A stretch of 64,000 bases of DNA from Cycas panzhihuaensis (taxonomy: Eukaryota; Plantae; Cycadophyta), in contig CM041465.1 of assembly GCA_023213395.1 (NCBI GenBank), forward strand, positions 236,599,741 through 236,663,740. Reading direction: 5' to 3'. Of the stretch, positions 39,723-52,369 are shown piece after piece. The notes below the pieces were generated by a model. The model searched no databases, was not told where the DNA came from, and worked only from the letters and a program-made list of their open reading frames with translations. A program made the translations under genes and the position numbers. Every line of letters starts with the position of its first letter. The stretch's first letter is position 1.

Positions 39723-40764
39723 TGTTGGTACAATAATTCTAAAAGTGAGACTATATAGTTTTAATTAATTAAAGTATAAATGTCTATAAAAGAGATAAAT
39801 AGGTAACATAAATAAGGCTTCTCTTAATTACATGTGGAGATGTTAATGCTATATTAGGATGCATTTAGCTTATAGATACAAAAGAATTCATAGCAGGATG
39901 ATTGCTACATAGTTACTGTAACAACTTCTTACATCTCCTAATCTAACTAAAGGAAAAGGATACTCCTATAAAAGAATGATTTCCTTATGAAAGGAAATTA
40001 CACTTTTATATCTCCATGTGAAAAGGTTACCACAACTACCTAAATGATCTTAAAAAGTGAAAAGAAAAGAGAGAAAACAAAAGAAGTCACTTAAGGGCTA
40101 TGGACTATGTAAGGACTCAATGACTCTCCTCCATAAATATATCTAAAGATATATAGAAGTGAAAATCTCAAGATTATAATCACCCAATGGAAGTCTCCAA
40201 CATGACATGTGTCATATATTTCTAATGTAATATCTTTCTCTTTCTAAACAAAGATGAAATGATGATTATATATATGTAAATGGATGTACTAATGGATTTT
40301 TTATAGGCCTATAATAGCTAAAATCTATCACTTTTAGATGTAGAAGCATATATAGCTGAAATGGGCTAAAAAATAAAGATTAAATCAAGTACCTAAACAT
40401 AACACCATTTTAACTAAACCATTGCTAATTTTTAAAATTCACTAAAATTGTACTTTATATAAGCAAAATAAACACAAACTTGATGTTTGATATCAATGTT
40501 ATGGTCCCTACTTTTCCATGGATATTGGCTACTAATATGAGCTATAAAATATATGAAATATATGAAATATGAGGATGGATTGATAATCACTTCAATGTGA
40601 TTTGGATTATATAATCAAATACAACCAGTAATCATTGTTATTAGTGTTGGTTAAATATTACAGATTGGCTACTAATATATTATAAGGGAGAAATACATGA
40701 TTATTAAGACATCCATCTATGGTTAAAGAAGACACAATATGACAAATATCTATATCTATATTTG

Positions 40765-40806
<42 letters not shown>

Positions 40807-40821
40807 TACATACATATATAT
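40765..40821. repeat. Compound (TA)n(CA)n microsatellite
   Basis: Directly visible. Confidence 0.9.
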
Positions 40822-41609
40822 GATAATGGGTTTAATAGGTCTCGACATTATACCTTAAATAAAAATGAAATAATTTAAATAGGTATGGATATGTCCCATT
40901 CTTGTAAGAAAATGTGAAATATAACTTCTCATCAAAATGATACGTGAATCATGACCTCAAGGTGATCATTTGATTTGTTTATATAATTAGTTAAGAGATA
41001 ACTTCATGAACAAGTGTTTAGAGCTAGACTACTAATAGGTTAAGAATGGTAATCCAATTCTATAGTCATTAAATTAATGAATTATGTGATTTATATCAAG
41101 TAAAGGATAGTATTTTACTTGATACATGAGTATAATCTTTGAAAATTACCAAGAAACAAATAACATGATTATAAATAAAAAAAGTAAAATATAAATGAAT
41201 TTTAATATAATAGATTATCATATCAATTAGTCTATTAAAATAATATAATATATTCAATTAACAACCTGAACCTCCTATACATTTTTAGGATGACAATGAT
41301 ATATGATATAAAAGATGAAGTTATTTAAGAGTAAGGGCCTATCTTCTTCATTCATTATGAAAATTTAAATATATTTGCTAAGATATAACTATAAAATAGT
41401 TTTAATTATTATCTAATTACCATAAATTGCTCTATGATCTACTAATCTACCTACCATAGTAATAATTATAAAATAGTGTAGTTTATTAACTACCATGTTA
41501 TAAAATTGTAAAACTATTTATTTTTTAATTACCTACATATTGAGATGCAAGAAATTACCCACACTATGATATATGAATAAGTTTCATATATACTAATAAA
41601 TGAACGATG

Positions 41610-44600
41610 ATCAATTGTTATATCTAAACACATTGCTCCCCTTATACACATACTTTATATTAATTAATTTGGGTTAATTTTAGATTAGGAAATTCACCAA
41701 TCATTAAAAGTTTGGTTAAAAAATTCTAATTTACTTCTTTAAACTAGTTTTAAATATATTTTGAAGACTTAATTAAAAAGAACAAGTGAAGTAACAAAGG
41801 AAATTTAGTCACTAAGGAGTCAATTATTAATAGATCATATGATTAAGGGAACCTCACTTCCCTTGTACTACATGCCATTACTTATTACTCATTAGTATTA
41901 TTAGTTTTAGCTATTGCCATTTAGGTTAATTAGTTGTGATGTGATTCTTATCATTAGGTTAATGTCCTATATTTATTAACTGGATGAACTCTTATATTTT
42001 TATAAGGTAAAACACACCCTTAAAGCTTTTCTAGTCCAAAAAGAGCCTTCGAGGGTGAAAATCCTAAAATGTTTAACTCAATTATTATATATAAATGCAT
42101 TACTCTCCAGTAGTAACAAATGCTTAGAAGGGTCAATTATTAATAAATCATGTGATTGAGTCCTTGGCTCCCCTTATGCTACATGCTTTATTTCACTTAC
42201 ATCTCTCATTACTTACTACCTATTAGTACTATTAATGATGTGATATGATCTTAATCATTGAGTTAATATCCCACATTCATTAGCTAGATGAACTCTCATA
42301 TGTTTATAAGGTAAAACATACCCCTAAAACTTTGTTAATTTAGAAATAGCCTTTGAGGGTGAAAAAACTAAAATATGTGACTTGATTATTATATCTAAAC
42401 ATGTTGCTTCCTAATATTAACAAATGTTTAAAAAGTTTGATTATTTATGAATCATGTCATTAGGGGAACTTCACTCTCCCTGTGCTACACACCTTTACTT
42501 ACTACTTATTAGTATAATTAGTCTAAGCTATTACCACTTGAGTTAATTAAATGTGATGTGATTCCCATCATTAGGTTCACATTCTATATTCATTAGCTAG
42601 ATGAATTATCATATGTTTATAATCTAAAATATAGCCTTAAAGATTTGTTAATTTAAAAAGAGCCTTCAAGGGTAAAAAGCCTAAAAAGTATGACTCGATT
42701 ATTATATCTAAAAAAATTGTTCCCTTATATTAATAAATGGTTAGAAGAATTGATTATTGATGAATCATATAATTGAGGGTACCCCAATCCCCTTGTGTTA
42801 TATTCCATTACTTACTACTCATTAGTATTATCAACCCAAGTTGTTGCTACTTGGCTTAATTGTATGTGATGTAATCCCCATCACTGGGCTGATGTTCCAC
42901 ATTCATTTGTTAGATGAACACTTATATGTTTATAAGATAAAACACACCCATAAATATTTATTAAACTAGAAAGAGAATTTGAAGGTGAAAAGCTCAAAAA
43001 GTATGACTCAATTATTATATATAAACATATTACTCTCTGGTGCTACTAAATGCTTATTAAGGTTAACTCTTAATGAGTCTTGTGATTAAGAAAATTTCAC
43101 TTCCTTTGTGTTGCATGCTATTACTTACTACTCATTAGTACTATTAATCTAGCCTATCACCATTTAGGTTAATTACATGTGATGTGATCTTCATCATTAG
43201 GTTGATGTCCCACATTTATTAGTTAGATAAACTCTCATATGTTTATAAGGTTAAACACACCTATAAAGCTTTATTATTTTGAAAAGAGCCTTTTAGGCTA
43301 AAAATCTTGAAATATATAACTTGATTGTTATATCTAAATACATTACTCTGTTATACTAATAAATGCTTATAAAGGTTGATTATTGATAAATCATATGATC
43401 TAGGGAATCCCACTTCCCTTATGCTATACGCTATTACTTATTACTTATTAATACTATGAGTTTGGACTATTGCCACTTAGGTTAATTAGATATAATGTGA
43501 TCCCCATCATTGGGTTGATGCCTCATATTCATTGGTTAGATGAACTCTTATATGATAAATCATATGATCTAGGGAATCCCCTTCCCTTATACTATATGTT
43601 ATTACTTATTACTCATTAATACTATGATTTTGGACTATTGCCACTTAGGTTAATTAGATATAATGTGATCCAAATTATTGGGTTGATGTCTCATATTCAT
43701 TAGTTAGACGAACTCTTATATGTTTATAAGGTTAAATGCATCCCTAAAGCTTTTACTAATTTGGAAAGATCCTTCAACAGTGAAAAGCCTTAAATATGTG
43801 ACTCAATTATTATATCTAAACATCTTGATCCCTAATACTAATAAATGTCTAAAAGGTTTAATCATATGATTAAGAGAACCCCACTTCCCTTGTGCCACAT
43901 ACCATTACTTACTACCCATTAATACTATCAATCTAGGCTATTGCCACTTGGGTTAATTAGATATGATATGATCCTTATAATTAGGTTGATGTCCAACATT
44001 CACTAGCTAGATGAATTCTCATATGTTTATAAGGTAAAATATACCCATAAATCTTTTCTAATCTAAAAAGAGCTTTCAAGGATGAAAAACATGAAACATG
44101 TGACTCAATTATTATACCTAAATATATTTCTCCTTGATATTAATAAATACTTTAAAAAAGTAGATTATTAATCAATCATATAATTAAGAAAACCTCATTT
44201 CCCTTATGTTATACAACATTATTTACTACTTGTTAGTACTATTAGTATAGGCCATTGCTACTTGGGTTAATTAGATATGATGTGATCCTCCATTATTTGG
44301 GGGATATCCCACATTCATTAGCTAGATAAACTCTTATATATTTATAAGGTAAAATAGACCCATAAAACTTTATTAATCTAGAAACAACCATTGATGATAA
44401 AAAGTTTGAAATGTGTGACTTAATTATTATATCTAAACACATTTCTTCTTAGTATTGATAATTGCTTAAAGGGTTGATTATTGATGAATCATATAATTAA
44501 GGGAACCTTGCTCCTATAGTGCTATATTGCTATTACTTATTACTCATTAGTACTATTTGTCTATGTTGTTGCTACTTAGGTTGATTAGATGTGGTGTAAT

Positions 44601-46085
44601 CTCTATTATTGGGTTGATGTCTCATATTCATTAACTAGATGAACTCTCACATGTTCATAAGGTAAAATATATCTTAAAACTTTGCTAATATGGAAAGAGC
44701 CTTTGAGGGTGAAAATCCCAAAATATATGACTCGATTATTATATCTAAATATGTTGCTCTCCTATACTAACAAATACTTAAAAAGGTTGATTATTGATAA
44801 ATCATATGATTAAGATAACCTTACTTCCCTTATATTGTATGCTATTACTTACTAGTCATTATTACTTGGATTAATTAGATGTAATATAATCTTCATCATC
44901 TAGTTAATATTCCATATTCATTAGTTAGATAAACTCTCATATATTTATAAGGTAAAACAAATCCCTAAAGCTTTTTTAATTTAAAAAGAGTTTTTGAGGG
45001 TAAGAAACCCAAAGCGTGTGATTCAATTATAGTATCTAAATATATTGCTTCCTAGTACTAATAAATGATTAGAAGGGTTGATTATTAATGAATCATATGA
45101 TTAAGGGAACCCTATTCTCCTTATGTTATATGCCATTACTTATAACTCATTAATACTATTACTACTTGAGTTAATTAAATGTAATATGATCCTTATGATT
45201 GGGTTGATGTTCCACATTCATTAGTTGGATGAACTCTCATATATTTATAAGGTAAAACACACTCTTAAAGCTTTGTTAAACCCAAAAGAGCCTTCAAGTA
45301 TAAAAAACCTAAAATGTGTGACTTGATTATTATATGTAAACATATTACTTCTTAGTGGCAATAAATACTTAGAAGGGTTGATTATTGATTAATCATATGA
45401 TTAAGGGAACCTTACTTCTTTTCTACTACACACTATTACTTACTTATCATTAGTACTATTAGTTTGGTATGTTGCCACTTGGGTTAATTATATGTAATGT
45501 TATCCCCAGTATTAGGTTGATGTCTCATATTTATTAACTCGGTGAACTCTCACATGTTTATAAGATAAAGCACACACTTAAATCTTTGCTAATCTAAAAA
45601 GAGGCTTTGAAAGTGAAAATCCCAAAAGGTGTGACTTGATAGTTATATCTAAATGCATAGATTTAAGGCACTAATAAATTCTTAGAAGGGTTAATTACTG
45701 ATGAATCATATAATTGAGGGAACCCTACTCTCTTTATATTATATACTATTACTTACTATTAATTAGTATTACCAATCTTAGCCATTATCACTTGAGCTAA
45801 TTAGATATGATGTGATCTCCATCATTAGGTTGATGTCCCACATTCATTAACTGGATGAACTCTAATATATTTATAAAGTAAAACACACTCCTAAAGCTTT
45901 GCTAATTTGAAAATAGCCTTCAAGGGTAAAAAGCCTAAAATGTGTGACTCAATTATTATATTTAAACACATTGCTCATTAGTACTAATAAATACTTAAAA
46001 GGGTTGATTATTGATGAATCATATGATTGAGGGAACCTTGTTCCCTTTATGTTACACATCATTACTTACTAATCATATTTACCAC
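41610..46085. repeat. Tandem (satellite-like) array, ~313-bp monomer, ~14 diverged copies
   Basis: Anchor ATTATTATATCTAAA recurs at ~42083, 42387, 42700, 43012, 43325, 43808, 44109, 44423, 44737, 45027, 45327, 45641, 45953. Confidence 0.95.
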
Positions 46086-46384
46086 TTAAATATTTATTGT
46101 ATTAATTTTAATATTTTATTTTTGTAATCTCACTAGGGTGTTTCTTATTTCCTCATTATGTTTATCCAATTTCTCTTGAGATAAGATCTTTTATTCTTTT
46201 ATGTATTTAGTGATTTTCTATAAGTAATTATTTTTATTTTCTAGAATTTTAATCCTTTACTATAGTTTAAAGAATTTCTCAAGTTATACTACATTTTTTT
46301 TTTAATTGAATATATTTCTTCCTCTTTATCTAAAATTTTAGTTTTATTTTCTCTGTTTATCCTTTTATTTTCTTTAACTCAAAG

Positions 46385-46534
<150 letters not shown>

Positions 46535-49500
46535 TTTTTTTCAAATTTCTATTATATAGCTTAGACCTCATTATAAACTCCTATAGTAAATATAATCTTA
46601 ACTATAATAATTCTTATACTTTAGAAAACTTAGGTCCTATCTTAGAATTCTTCATATAATCTCTCTTGCTTGTTGATGTTTCAATACTTATTTGATTAAT
46701 AATAGGGTGGTGGATCTTTATGGTTATAATATTAAGCAATATATCACCCATATTGACTTTTATTAGTTAGATACTGGCATACCCTTTGAAATGATTATCA
46801 TGGATGCTCTAAAAATTAGGAAACTTGTATATCCCCTTATGGGGACGAATGCTATATATAAGTATTAAGAGGAATGATTATACCTCAACTCAATCCCTTT
46901 GATAGAAATCTCCCACTTATCATCAACCTAGGCTAAAGAGATTAATAAATGGGGTAATAATCTATGGGAACAAATAGGGTTATTAGAATCAAACACATAT
47001 CTAATATAGAAATAGAAATAAAATAATATTAATTAAAAATTAAAATGACCTGAAATAAATAGTAGAAGGTGTGACCTATATTTTAAGAATCCTAGCTTAA
47101 TTACCCATGTCTTAATGATTAGCCTAGTCTAGTGGCAAGTTGTTGGGGAATAATGTCTAAGTAGTTTATACCCCCTTAAATTATCCACATCCAACTCATT
47201 TCATAATAGCCTTACAGAGGAAGTAGTGACAATCATCTCCTAGGATACAACATAATATATGCTTACTCTTTGATTCATTTGTAATTAACAGAGAGTATCC
47301 TATGTGTCCTAAGTATTGCAGCCCTATAGGAAGATATAAAGGAAAGTTTAGCACTAAAGAGCTAACACTAGCTTATACCTTTGCAAATACTATGTCCTAA
47401 AAAATAACTAGCTCCTCCTAAAGAGAAAGTATAGACTAGGGAAGAGAAGCATATAAAGAAAAATAAATAATACTATACTAAATAAGTAACCAATTAAAAT
47501 GGAACATATAATGTAAATAGAATTGAAAGAAAACAAGTAATGCATCTAGAAAAGAAAAAAAAAAGGACTTTTCATGTACTTATAACTAACTCTAATCTAA
47601 TGCTAAAAGAAAATCTCCTTTATGTTAAAAAAAAAAAAGTAAACACATAAAAAAGCAAGTAAAAAAGTGAAAACCAAAGGAAGTAGAATAAAATCCTAGA
47701 CCTCTCTTGAAAAGAATATGAGGACAAGCCCTATAAATATTAAAGAGTGAAAACTCAAATAAGTTACATCCTATGGAGTCAAAGGGGTCACTCTAATTTT
47801 AATACCAAAGAAGATGATTTCTGTCAATTGAAATGATAATGAAAGCATGATAAAAAATAATTAAATAAGTATAGAAAGGAAGTTTTGGCTTTAATTCTAT
47901 AATGTTAGATATTAGAAATGAGCTCGATGCCATGATGTTAGGGACAATATGTAAAAGTAAATCACAAGGTAAATGGATCCCATATAAACATGTAAATTAG
48001 ACAAGGATGAAGTGATTCTTGTTCCTAGGTTAGGGGGCTTAGTTAACTAAGTTGACTCAGAAGTGAGAGTTTTAAAGTAACTAGGTCTAATTAAGATTTT
48101 CAACCTTATTTAAGGAAATAGGGATGATTTTTCTAAGTTTAAAATTAGAAGGTTTAAGGTACAAGTTATAAGGTGCTTGTTTAGTTTGCTATTTTTTATT
48201 TATATCAAAAATAAAAATATTTTAAAATTAAAGAAAATAAAATACAATGAGTAAACCAATATCAAAATCCCTTTTCTATCAGTGACAAGAGCAATTAGTC
48301 CCTTGTTTAGCAAGGGGAACATGGAGGGAAGCTTCTCCCTAATCAATGTCCTATGGCTTCCTATTCTTCTACCTTTTCTAAGTTTTAAATTAGAGAGGAG
48401 GTCCTAGATCTTAATCTTGCCCTTTAAAAAAATGCTATATCATTCTATACTAAGGAAAAGGAGTACTAATGAATGTGAGGATTCAAGAGAAATTAAATCT
48501 TGAATTAATGACCCTATAGGGAGTCAACCACTGGGACTTGCTCACCTAATGATAATCCACATGTGAAGATGGATGACCCAAGGATACCCATGTCTGACTT
48601 TGATGAACTCTCACATTTAGAGGTAAAGTTGAATAAAGAAGTCACTCTCAACCCAAAATGTAATAGTGGATCACCATTTTTGGCATTTAGAATATGGCTA
48701 GAAATAAAATGACTCCCAAAGAAAGAAGAGTCTAATATGCTATGGAGATAAGGGCTTGTTCAATTAAAGACTTTCTCATAATAAGACGTATTTAATTCTA
48801 AAGGAAGGATAGGGTTGATCTGCTAGGGGAAACTCAGTACTCAGCCAATTAATGAAATCCTAACAAATAGAAGTGAGCATATTCTAAGTAGACTAATAAG
48901 CAGTCAAACCTAAATATAAATCTATATGCAGCTTTATATTCATATGAGCAAGTGATTGAGACATAAAACAAAGCAATTTAAGATTAATACAATGTGAATA
49001 TATTCCCTAATATAAGCTAAGTGATTTTTTATTTACAGATGCAACTTTAAATGCTCTTTTTATTTATTTATTTTTTTAAGGGAAATAAAATAAAACCTAA
49101 AGAAAAAAAAAATACACTTTTATTCTACTTATGATTATCTTAGGTAGAGTTCTTCTTCACCTTTAAAAAAGGAGAAAGAACTTGAGTAAATTGTAAAAGT
49201 AAAAGACAAATAGAAACTTACTTGATAATGTAGTCCTTAATTGCCTTCAAATGGTAGCTTGTCTTATAATTAGGGATTTGAAAAAGAAAGACAAGTATTC
49301 TAACTAACAAAAAGTTAGAAAATCAACCACAAAAAGACATCTTGACAAAAATGAAACTAAAAGGGAAACGTATATAAACTTTCTCTTTTTACTAAAAAAT
49401 ATCAAATAATAAGCAAATTTACCTAAAAAGAACAACTTATAGAAATAAGAAAGTGCCTTAAATCAATATCCTTGGCTTATAATATGCTCCTAAATTAGTC

Positions 49501-50824
49501 TCATAATTCAATTAAAATAAATAAAGGGATAATAGAGAAGAAAAGAGAGGGTAATCTTGAGAAGAAGAAGAGATACATGCTTGAAGGAGAAAGTTTTCTT
49601 GGAAGCTACTTCAAAACCTAAGCAAGTTTTCTAACCTCCCTTAATTTTTTCTTCAAAATTTCTTTAAGATTAAGCTCCAATATAGATTTATGAGAGAAGA
49701 AAACTAGAATTCTAGATAAGATTTGACATTAATCTAATTCAAACCTATGAACTTCAAGACTTAATTTTTCTTACCCTACTTGTTTCTACTTTCTAAGATT
49801 CCTAAGACTATGTGAGACTTCTATATTTATAGAAGAAATTATGGGCAAACAGGTGGAAAAATCAAGGGGAGAGGATTAGTGGGCACCTACAAAAAAGAAA
49901 TTCCAATAGTAAAAAATGACAGGTTGTTATTCGTAATTTTTTTTGTTGGAAGAGAGATGAAAAATATGAAAAATAATGAAAAACACCAAAAATATGACAA
50001 ATGGAGGAAAACATAATAAGTGGTGTAAAAAACTATAAGGATGAAAACAATGATAAGTGTTGTAAAAAAAATAACAAATATTGTAAAAAACATGACAATT
50101 ATTATGAAAAATATGACAAATATTACAAAAAATACAATGAATATTTATTTAGCAAAAATAAAGGTCTTTTATCTAGAATTAAAAATATTTAAAGATGAAA
50201 TGCATTATAAAATAATAATTTGGTCTAATAAAGAGTCAATTAAGTAATTAAAAAGATAATTAAAGAGAATAACATCATATGGTCAATGACTAGATTGATA
50301 AGATAAATAAATTGGGAGCATTTTAAGTGGGACTTAATTCTTTAGACACAATAATGATCTTTTAAACATCAGTAATATAAGTTAAGCACAATCATAACCA
50401 ATATGATTTCAAGTAGTCATAATGGCAAGAAGCCTCTATACTACCATGTAATCAAGTAGCTAAATCCTAATAATAAACAAAGGGTAAGAGATCTAGCCAT
50501 TATCCAAAGAAGGGCATAGTTGATTAAAACATTTGCCCCATTAGCAATGGAAGCTCTCTGAATGATATCAAAGTAGGATGGCAAACATTTCCAACTTTGA
50601 CTATACTAAGTTATTTAGGAATTAGGGCTACCTAGGATATTTATTGAGTTATTAAAACATAAGTAAATATGGGAGTGGTTAAGTGAGGTAGGTGACTTAG
50701 ATGAGATAGGTGAAATTGATTATGTTGAGATGATTTATAAACATTTGTTTTCATTGAAGGCTTTTGTTTTTTTTTTTTTTAAATAATTTTTTAGTGTGAA
50801 AAAGAGTTTATATACAAGAGAGTG

Positions 50825-51066
50825 TCCATCATAGTTTTACCTCGTTAATGGTTGCTATTCAAAACACCTGTCATAGTTCAACCTTATTAATAGTTGATTT
50901 TTAGAGAATGTGACTACCATAGTTTATACTCATTAGTAGTTATATTTTTAAAGCCATAGTTTAGTCTTATTATAGGGAGAGAATACATTATTAGGAATGA
51001 ATATACCTACCATAGTTTATACTCATTAGTAGATATATTTTTAGAGTCATAGTTTATTCTTATTAG
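50825..51066 (-). repeat. 3' UTR repeat array of element C (CTACTAATGAGTATAAACTATGGTAG-type units, ~6 copies)
   Basis: CATAGTTT(A)TACTCATTA-like words recur at ~40-55 bp spacing. Confidence 0.85.
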
Positions 51067-51164
51067 AGAGAGAAATAGGTCCTATATAGAATAGAATTAT
51101 CACTTTAGATTATAATCAAGAAATGAGGTTTCTCTTAACTTTGGCTCATGGATGATGATATTTA

Positions 51165-51540
51165 ATTATAGGATATAAGAGGGTTGACTTCAATATTTTA
51201 GGTTCTTAGAACATACTAAATAGAGACACATAGGAAATGTGATAACAAAGTAGTTGCTTAGTCAAATAGGGAACATAAATGAGTAGAACATGTTTTATAA
51301 ACTTGAGTAAGTTGATAAATTAAAATTTAAGAGTTTGAAAATAGGTCGATCGATCCATCATGAAAACTAAGGACATCTAAAAAGGCTCTAATAATAGTAT
51401 GGTATTTAACTTCATTATTGGTTGCTTGAGGAATAACGAAATCATCACTACTGATAATAATTCCCTTATGATCATGAATAACCTAAGACTAGGTAGTAAT
51501 CCTAGGGTTCACTCAGCTCCCACCATTAATAGAGATGTTT
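51165..51540 (-). pseudogene. aRH (archaeal-type RNase H) of element C
   Basis: rc: ISINGGS*VNPR....VIHD...TNNEVKY.TIIRAF.D......LFSNS*ILI.QL...NIEVN. Confidence 0.82.
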
Positions 51541-52369
51541 AAGGCCATAGTAGGGAAATAATACAAGCTCAGAGATAGACTAATGGATATAAATAAGGTG
51601 TAAAAATCAACTGTTAAGAGTGTGACTTAGCCTTAATGAAAATAAGGACTTCATGGTTTGGTTTTATAATGAGGACCACCTTTTTCTTAGGTTATAGTAT
51701 AACCGTCTAGATTCCAAATAGGTTTTGATCATAATTGAGGTCATGGTGGGCCCAAGCAACTAGATCCAAAGCTTCTATATGATGTATGTAATTAGATTTG
51801 AACTACATAATGTAGGTTGGATGAGAAACCTCTTTAAGCACTTATCTAATGTAATCCTATTTCTTCTTATGCTCCAATCTCTTATCACGATGGTCCATCA
51901 ACTTCGATACTTAGACCAACTCCTTCATATTGAAGAAAGAGTACTTCTACATAATATACTTCCATCCCTTCCCAAGCTCATAAATAAGTACTTATACATA
52001 GGATTATTCCTCAATGAGTTAGGCTTATGATTCCTTCTCCTAGACCAAATAATCTTATTCCATCATTTAATCCTACCTCCAACCTTCAAACTATTTGTCC
52101 TCAGGTTATTTCCATTCAATTTTAGGCCACTTCAATAGTATACTTTGATTTATAATATTAATCGTACATTGTCTCAAGTTCTTATACACCAAAATAATTT
52201 GATGGTTAATTTAGTGGTATGGTTTAACCACACTTAATTTCTCCCAACTCATCCTACTTCCTCTTCAATTCCTCAACCTTCATCCTTGTCTTAATGTTCT
52301 ATAGTGTTGAGGCCAAGGCAACCCTTTCTAGATTTTATGATGTCTTCCCTTCTACAAGAGGCACTATTG

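Larger units (their letters stand above)
46826..51770 (-). mobile_element. 3' portion of a minus-strand Tat element (element C): aRH, 3' UTR repeats, PPT, 3' LTR (~46826-50531)
   Basis: rc ATGGGGCAAA|TGTTTTAA at 50541-50524 (PPT + LTR start); patches homologous to the LTR at 60840+; rc 51700-51770 matches 58684-58750. Left end inferred from ...GGGGATATACA and is uncertain. Confidence 0.75.

Noticed and set aside
39723-40202. Solo LTR with TGTTGG...CCAACA termini
   Set aside because: Flanks ACACA/TGACA are not a TSD and no second copy is in the window
41610-46085. Protein-coding repeat or 5S rDNA array
   Set aside because: Monomer lengths (290-314) are mostly not multiples of 3, no ORFs, no 5S rRNA sequence
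49887-50247. Three short Lys/Asn/Tyr- or Phe-rich ORFs
   Set aside because: Translation of a ~21-bp A-rich repeat inside the LTR of element C
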